Shown: piece by piece, positions 45,450 through 50,621 of the stretch
Numbering within the stretch: position 1 is the first letter of the stretch
How the letters are laid out: every line of letters begins with the position of its first letter
Assembly (NCBI GenBank): GCA_026418475.1
Contig: JAOABG010000003.1
Span: 1-50,621, forward strand
Source of the DNA: a bacterium
Lineage (GTDB): Bacteria; DRYD01
Reading direction: 5' to 3'
Length of the DNA stretch: 50,621 nucleotides
Program-made: the position numbers and the translations under genes
The notes under the pieces: generated by a model
Databases searched by the model: none
What the model was told of the DNA's origin: nothing
The model's input: the letters and a program-made list of their open reading frames with translations, nothing else

Positions 45450-46964
45450 TTATTCCAAGTATCTGTTTATGGAAAGTTTATAGGCGTTTAATATTGAGTT
45501 TTCTGTTATTTGGTCTTGTAGGTTTATGTCTGCTATTGTCCTCGAAATTTTGAGTATCTTATGAAATTTCCTTATTGATAGTTTTTGTTTTTCGTATATT
45601 TTTTCTATGATTCCTTTTGCTTGAGACGTTAATTTTGCTAAACAATATTCATTTATCTCTTCTATTGATAGTTCTGAGTTAGATTTAGTTTGGTTTCTTT
45701 TTTCTCTGTTTTTATAAGAGTTATATATCAAGTTTAGATAGTATTGATGTGTTGTATTTTTTTCTCTCGAAGCTTCCTCAAAAGATATATTGCTTACTTC
45801 TATGAAAATGTCTATTCTATCAATAATTGGGCCTGATATTTTGGACCAGTATTTTGATATTTGGCTACTGTAGCATGTGCATTCTTTGATATTTGTCTTG
45901 TAGTATCCACATGGACAGGGATTCATGGCTGCTATCAATAAAAAATCACATGGGTATTCTGCTTTTGATTCAACTCTCGAAATAACTATTTTTTTGGTTT
46001 CTAAAGGTTCTCTTAGGGATTCTATAACGCTCCTGTTAAATTCTGGAAATTCGTCTAAAAAAAGTACCCCTTTGTGAGCAAGTGTTACCTCTCCCAATTT
46101 GGCATCTTTTGAACCTCCTACTATTGAGGCATATGACGAAGTGTGATGAGGGTTCCTATATGGCCTTACTTTTTTAAATTTTATCCAATAGTTGAAGTCA
46201 TATCCAGCTAAGTTGTATATTTGAGCAATTTCTATGAATTCTCTTTCTGTTGGAGGAGGAAAAAGACAAAGAGCAGATTTGGATAAAATTGATTTACCAG
46301 TTCCAGGTGGACCTATCATCAGAACGTTATGTTTTCCGCTTACCGAAACCGCAAGAGCATACTTGGCTAAATCTTGACCCCTTATATCATTAAATAAATC
46401 TGATAATTCCTCATTGGATATTTGAATTTTCTCTTCTTCAAAGTCGTTACAAATACTTATCTTTTCTATATTAAATATTTCTGACAGTGATGAAATGAAC
46501 TTTATCTTAAGTGGCAAGTAATTTTTTAGTATGGATATTTCATCTTTGTTGGCTAGTGGTAAAATTAAGAAACTGTAATTTGATAAAAAATCTCTTAAAT
46601 TTAGTATATAGTTTAGTATTCCTCTTACTGGTAGTATTGAGCCACTTAATGATATTTCTCCAGCTAAAATTATATTGTCTTCAAGTTTCAAGTAATCCAT
46701 GGCTTTGAGAATAGAAACTGCTATAGGTAGATCAAAATGGTTACCCTGTTTGGTTACATCTACCGGGTTGAGATTTATGGTAATCTTTTTGGGAGGTAGT
46801 GTGATACCCACTGAGTTTAGTGCACTTTTTATCCTATCTTTTGATTCTTGTATAGATTTTGAAGGTAGCCCTATTATGTTAAAGGAAGGGACACCTTTGG
46901 AAATGTGACACTCGGTTACTATGAATGGGGGTTTTGAGAAGAAAGTGAAAGTTTTAGAATACAT
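45450..46964 (-). CDS. comM: YifB/ComM-family Mg-chelatase-like AAA+ ATPase
   Basis: N-terminal Lon-protease-like fold pattern (GLPSKSIQESKDRIKSAL), Walker A GPPGTGKS, Walker B LFLDEFPEF and MNPCPCGY. Confidence 0.85.
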   Translation of the reverse strand: MYSKTFTFFSKPPFIVTECHISKGVPSFNIIGLPSKSIQESKDRIKSALNSVGITLPPKKITINLNPVDVTKQGNHFDLPIAVSILKAMDYLKLEDNIILAGEISLSGSILPVRGILNYILNLRDFLSNYSFLILPLANKDEISILKNYLPLKIKFISSLSEIFNIEKISICNDFEEEKIQISNEELSDLFNDIRGQDLAKYALAVSVSGKHNVLMIGPPGTGKSILSKSALCLFPPPTEREFIEIAQIYNLAGYDFNYWIKFKKVRPYRNPHHTSSYASIVGGSKDAKLGEVTLAHKGVLFLDEFPEFNRSVIESLREPLETKKIVISRVESKAEYPCDFLLIAAMNPCPCGYYKTNIKECTCYSSQISKYWSKISGPIIDRIDIFIEVSNISFEEASREKNTTHQYYLNLIYNSYKNREKRNQTKSNSELSIEEINEYCLAKLTSQAKGIIEKIYEKQKLSIRKFHKILKISRTIADINLQDQITENSILNAYKLSINRYLE

Positions 46965-47525
46965 TCATACATAATAACCTGCACCAAAATCTTCTTCTTT
47001 CCACTTTGACATATTTTCAATCGCCATATCAAGAGCGATGTTCAAATGTTCTGTGGCTTCAGCTGCTAAATTTAACGACTGCTCCTTAATTTTATCTATC
47101 TCTTGAAATAGGTTTTCTTTTACTTCTTCACTCTGAGCGTTATTTAATTCTTCCAATAATTCGGGGAGAACCTTCAATTCATTGATTGCCTGAAGAAACA
47201 TATCTATACCTGTCAATCCTATTTCTATTTGCTCTTTGAAGTATGGCAATAAATCTTCTGGTATTTCCATGTTGCTTACTAGGTTCCCAGCTTCTTCTAT
47301 TTTGTAATACATGTTATCCAAGATTTCATAATATTCTTCATAGGATATTTCATAGGATAAAAGTTGTTCAACTTTCAATCTTATTGTGTCGTAGTTTTTT
47401 GTAACTTTGACTCTTGCGGGTCTAGCAACTGCCTGAGATATTTTGGGAAGAGGAGAACCACATTTCAAACAGTAATTTTCGGAATCTGGATTACTGTTTC
47501 CACATTTAATACAAATCATACTCAC
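46965..47525 (-). CDS. Zinc-ribbon protein with helical C-terminal domain, hypothetical
   Basis: N-terminal CIKCGN...CLKCG ribbon with an acidic helical remainder. It abuts the comM start codon. Confidence 0.6.
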   Translation of the reverse strand: MSMICIKCGNSNPDSENYCLKCGSPLPKISQAVARPARVKVTKNYDTIRLKVEQLLSYEISYEEYYEILDNMYYKIEEAGNLVSNMEIPEDLLPYFKEQIEIGLTGIDMFLQAINELKVLPELLEELNNAQSEEVKENLFQEIDKIKEQSLNLAAEATEHLNIALDMAIENMSKWKEEDFGAGYYV

Positions 47526-47610
47526 TTTGAAAACCCCAAAAATAACATTTTTTCATAATTTAGAATTCTATTTACAAAAATTTCTTCCTTCTAATAATGA
47601 TTTTCAATTT

Positions 47611-48057
47611 TTATGCAATATTCATTCTCATTTTTATCCATTTATTTGTTTTATGTTGTATGGTGAATCCCAAATTGGTATAGAGTTTAAGAGCTTTTTG
47701 ATTGTTTTTACCTACCCACAGTATAACTCCATTAACTTTTTTATTTTTTTCTTTATTTTTTTGCTTTGACCTATTTATAAATTCATATATCAGTTGTGTG
47801 GCTATACCCAACCCTCTGAATTCTTTTTTTACTACTAACTCATGTATATTCATTACGTAGTTTGATGAATCTTTGTCATAATAGTAAGTATCTCCTGCTA
47901 TGAATCCTATAATTTCATTGTCTTTAGTAGCCAATATTACCAATGAACTGTCTTTGTTATGATTGTATAGCCACTCTATATAGTTAACTACGTCATTTCT
48001 ATTTTTGTAGTAATAATCGTCCAAATCTTCGTAGGCTTTTTGATAAAGCTCGGCCAT
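47611..48057 (-). CDS. GNAT-family N-acetyltransferase (N-terminus probably extends upstream)
   Basis: Acetyl-CoA motif (EFRGLGIATQLI) and NQKALKLYTNLGF. The frame stays open and GNAT-like for 21 codons upstream of ATG 48057. Confidence 0.8.
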   Translation of the reverse strand: MAELYQKAYEDLDDYYYKNRNDVVNYIEWLYNHNKDSSLVILATKDNEIIGFIAGDTYYYDKDSSNYVMNIHELVVKKEFRGLGIATQLIYEFINRSKQKNKEKNKKVNGVILWVGKNNQKALKLYTNLGFTIQHKTNKWIKMRMNIA

Positions 48058-48202
48058 TTCTTCTTGGACTTTCAGGAAATCTTGATTATCTTCAATTTCG
48101 AAGAACTTTATTAAGTTTCAGGTGAAATTATCCTTGGAATATAAAGTTTTCCTACTTACTATTAGCATAACTTACCACCTTCCCTACTTTATATTTATTG
48201 AA

Positions 48203-49018
48203 TTATTTAGAAAATCCCTTATTTTTTGACAAAAAAAATGCCAATATTGAATGGGTTGCGAATACATTTAAGCTTTCTATTCTAACCTCTATCTTTATTG
48301 ATTTACTTTTTTTTAAAACTCTCTTAACTTCTTGGTTTATCCCGGTTTCTTCGTTACCAAGTATGAAGAAAGAGATTTTTTGAGTTAATTCTAAATCATT
48401 TATATTTTCAGATGCTTCCTTGTTTTCTAATAAGAAAACTTCTATTTCTTCTTCCAAATTACTCAATATCTGTTTAAATTCATTTATATTAAATATCTTT
48501 ATATTTTGTTCGAAAACGTATCCTTTTGATGCTCTTATAACCCTGGGGTTAAGGGGAAAAACAGAGTTACCCAATAGTATAACGCTGAAAATGTTGAAAG
48601 CGGAGTTTGTCCTTAGTATACCACCCAAATTCCATGGATTTTGTATGGAATCTAAAACTATACATATCCCATTTTTCCTCAGCAAGTCAACAAAGTTATC
48701 AGAGTAATTGTATATGTTTTCTGGAATCCTTATCAATACACATATTTGAGGGTTGTCAATATTTAGTATTTTCTTTAGAGTTTCCTCCTCTATGAACTCT
48801 ATATCATTTTTAAAATTTCCAAAATGGATATCTATTTGTAGTTTATCTAAATCGATTCTTGAGTTTGTGAAGATTTTCTCTATTGGAAATTTGTAATACG
48901 ATTTCAATTTCAGAAATGTTTTAAATGTTTCTAAATCATCAATTATCGTTAGTTTTTTTTTCTTTGCAAACTTTGAATCAGCTTTTATCCTCTGTATTAG
49001 ACTAAGAAGTTTCATCAA
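48203..49018 (-). CDS. TrmH/SpoU-family RNA 2'-O-methyltransferase (RlmB-like)
   Basis: SpoU motifs (LDSIQNPWNLGGILRTNSAFN, FILGNEETGI and a C-terminal IESLNV). Confidence 0.8.
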   Translation of the reverse strand: MMKLLSLIQRIKADSKFAKKKKLTIIDDLETFKTFLKLKSYYKFPIEKIFTNSRIDLDKLQIDIHFGNFKNDIEFIEEETLKKILNIDNPQICVLIRIPENIYNYSDNFVDLLRKNGICIVLDSIQNPWNLGGILRTNSAFNIFSVILLGNSVFPLNPRVIRASKGYVFEQNIKIFNINEFKQILSNLEEEIEVFLLENKEASENINDLELTQKISFFILGNEETGINQEVKRVLKKSKSIKIEVRIESLNVFATHSILAFFLSKNKGFSK

Positions 49019-49703
49019 AAGTTATTTCATTCGGTATTTTATTCCATATTTCTTCTGGGAACACGAATATTTTTGGTAACTGTGGTAAAGTTTGAATAGT
49101 TATTTCATAATCCTGGAAAATTTCTTTTCCTGGATAATTTATTTCATCAACTGATGAACTGATCCATGTTGTAAAGGAGGTTTTATAATGAATGGGTATG
49201 GAGATCATTGATTTTAGCTGTTCCATAACAACCAAGAATTCTTTGGGCCCTAACGTATATCCTCCTCCACCTACTGGTGCTATCATGACATCAACAATAC
49301 CTATTTCTTTGATATGGTTTTCTTTTAGTGTATGCCCCAGATCTCCACAATGACTTACTTTTATGCCATCAATGTTGAATACCCATATAGTATTAGGGCC
49401 AAATTTTTTACCTTCGAAACTGTCATGAAAAGTCGGTAATGCTAAGAACTCTATTGTTTCATTTTTTTGTGTTTTTATTTCAAAGGAGGATAAAAAATTT
49501 GATGTTCTCCTGAGAATTTTGGGGTTTCCTTTTACGAGAAAACCCCCATTGTGGTCAGGGTGATCATGAGATATTAAAACTATATCAGCTTCTAATGAGG
49601 GAAATTTTCTATTTACCTTGAGATTATATGGGTCAATGACTATCCTTGAACCCTTACGTGTTATTATTAGTATGGAAGAATGCCCTAAATACATTAACCT
49701 CAT
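49002..49703 (-). CDS. MBL-fold metallo-hydrolase
   Basis: HxHxDH motif (ISHDHPDHNG). 233 aa. Confidence 0.8.
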   Translation of the reverse strand: MRLMYLGHSSILIITRKGSRIVIDPYNLKVNRKFPSLEADIVLISHDHPDHNGGFLVKGNPKILRRTSNFLSSFEIKTQKNETIEFLALPTFHDSFEGKKFGPNTIWVFNIDGIKVSHCGDLGHTLKENHIKEIGIVDVMIAPVGGGGYTLGPKEFLVVMEQLKSMISIPIHYKTSFTTWISSSVDEINYPGKEIFQDYEITIQTLPQLPKIFVFPEEIWNKIPNEITFDETS

Positions 49704-49704
49704 A

Positions 49705-50334
49705 TTATATCTTAATTATTTTCCCCTTTATAAGAATTATTGTATAAATTGAAATAATTAGCATCCAGGTCCAGTATTCTGTTCTCAAGATTGGTGTTAA
49801 CCTGAATCTACCTTGTTGAGGGATTTTCTTTAAATTTATTAGCCATCTTGGGACAGAACTTTTATACTTTAGATAACTTTCTCCAAACTTTTCTTCGAGA
49901 AACTTTTCTTCTGCAGGTATAACGAAAAAATTGTAAAACGCTATATAAATACTAATTGTTATTATTGTAATGATTATCGTTATTACTATTCCGTATCCTC
50001 CAAAAGCAAAGATTACCAATCCACTTGCTATCAGTGTATTAGCTATATATACGGGATTTCTGGTGTATCTGTAAGGCCCTGCGGTTATTAAATTTGCAAT
50101 ATTTGGGGTTTCATCTCTGCTTTTAACTCCTAAATAACCTAAACAGATTGTTCTTAATATTGCTCCAATTAGTATTAGAATTGTCCCTGTTATTAAGGAA
50201 CTTATGTTTGGGTTTGCTAAAATGATTGTAATTATTGCTAGAGGTATTGGGAATAGAGCCCTGTATCTGAAACCTAATGTTGAAACATCTTTCACTTTCT
50301 TGTAATTGGACAAAAATTGCAACCCTTCCTTCAA
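49705..50334 (-). CDS. Isoprenylcysteine carboxyl / phospholipid methyltransferase-family membrane protein
   Basis: Multi-TM protein with GPYRYTRNPVYIAN and EEKFLEEKFGESY motifs. Confidence 0.75.
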   Translation of the reverse strand: MKEGLQFLSNYKKVKDVSTLGFRYRALFPIPLAIITIILANPNISSLITGTILILIGAILRTICLGYLGVKSRDETPNIANLITAGPYRYTRNPVYIANTLIASGLVIFAFGGYGIVITIIITIITISIYIAFYNFFVIPAEEKFLEEKFGESYLKYKSSVPRWLINLKKIPQQGRFRLTPILRTEYWTWMLIISIYTIILIKGKIIKI

Positions 50335-50361
50335 TATGTAATTTTTTTAGATATCTACGGT

Positions 50362-50621
50362 TTACTGAAACTTATTCATTGTTATAACAAAGAGGGAAGC
50401 TCCTACTGTTTGGTTTGTGTTTTCTCCTACAGTTCTTTTTAGAAAATTCATTTTTATTGACACCGAACGATTCGAAGTGTTTGTTCTTACCTCAAAAACA
50501 TAGATGTTATTTGATAATAGAACTATACTTCTGCTTGCTCTTGGACTTAAATTTATACCGTTTATTGTTAATGTGTTAATGTTATTTCTTGTTATCTGGT
50601 CTATTGGATCTGAATGAAGTG
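50362..50621 (-). CDS. Hypothetical protein, C-terminal 85 codons (5' end lies beyond the contig)
   Basis: My own translation of the minus strand from 50619 is ...LHSDPIDQITRNNINTLTINGINLSPRASRSIVLLSNN...LFVITMNKFQ, with a TAA stop at 50364-50362. It is not in the supplied track because it is truncated. Confidence 0.4.
   Translation of the reverse strand, partial: LHSDPIDQITRNNINTLTINGINLSPRASRSIVLLSNNIYVFEVRTNTSNRSVSIKMNFLKRTVGENTNQTVGASLFVITMNKFQ

Noticed and set aside
1-50621. Genome-wide TGA reassignment (code 4 or 25) prompted by the in-frame TGA upstream of the GNAT gene
   Set aside because: An intact RF2 with the SPF motif is encoded at 5519-6595. TGA also ends well-supported full-length genes, for example pfkA at 32866-32868, the pseudopilin at 28724-28726 and prmA at 27191-27193. 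No other gene looks split by TGA.
1-50621. Mobile elements, prophage, defence islands or toxin-antitoxin pairs
   Set aside because: None of the ORF translations shows a transposase, integrase, recombinase, restriction-modification, Cas, retron, reverse-transcriptase or TA signature. I saw no terminal inverted repeats or tRNA-flanked island. tRNA-Trp is embedded among housekeeping genes.

Overview
This is a 50.6-kb contig from a very AT-rich (about 30% G+C by eye), tightly packed bacterial genome, probably an uncultivated lineage. Bases 1-19 are an untrimmed Nextera/Tn5 mosaic-end adapter. The genetic code looks standard: TAA and TGA both end well-supported genes, and an intact RF2 with the SPF motif is present. 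An LptD/OstA-like barrel, PilT and prepilin-type genes suggest a diderm cell with type IV pilus or pseudopilus machinery. Most of the window is housekeeping genes in long minus-strand runs with 1-4 nt overlaps: alaS, prfB, mfd, leuA-like, leuCD, tRNA-Trp, pilT, folD, lepB, prmA, pfkA, rnpA, tsaD, folE, lysA, lysC and a ComM/YifB-like gene. I found no transposase, integrase, CRISPR array, rRNA or recognisable defence genes. The outstanding feature is the only large non-coding gap (3123-4302). It holds 15 exact DnaA-box-type 9-mers (TGTGGAAAA/TTTTCCACA plus one TTATCCACA) spaced at whole helical turns. These are followed by about 700 bp of roughly 10-15% G+C DNA built from two short motif families, small palindromes and a 3 x 20-bp tandem repeat. 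I read this as a candidate replication origin, or a DnaA-titrating locus, that is not next to dnaA. It cannot be proven from this window, and the gene orientation to its right argues against a classical origin. Secondary points: a T10 tract separates the only plausible ATG from the LptD-like reading frame; two convergent pseudopilin/PilX-like gene triads flank an ECF sigma/anti-sigma module and pfkA; an aldehyde-dehydrogenase-like protein lacks its catalytic domain; a GNAT gene has an N-terminal extension cut by an in-frame TGA; and a MalF/MalG-type permease pair is split by mfd and prfB.
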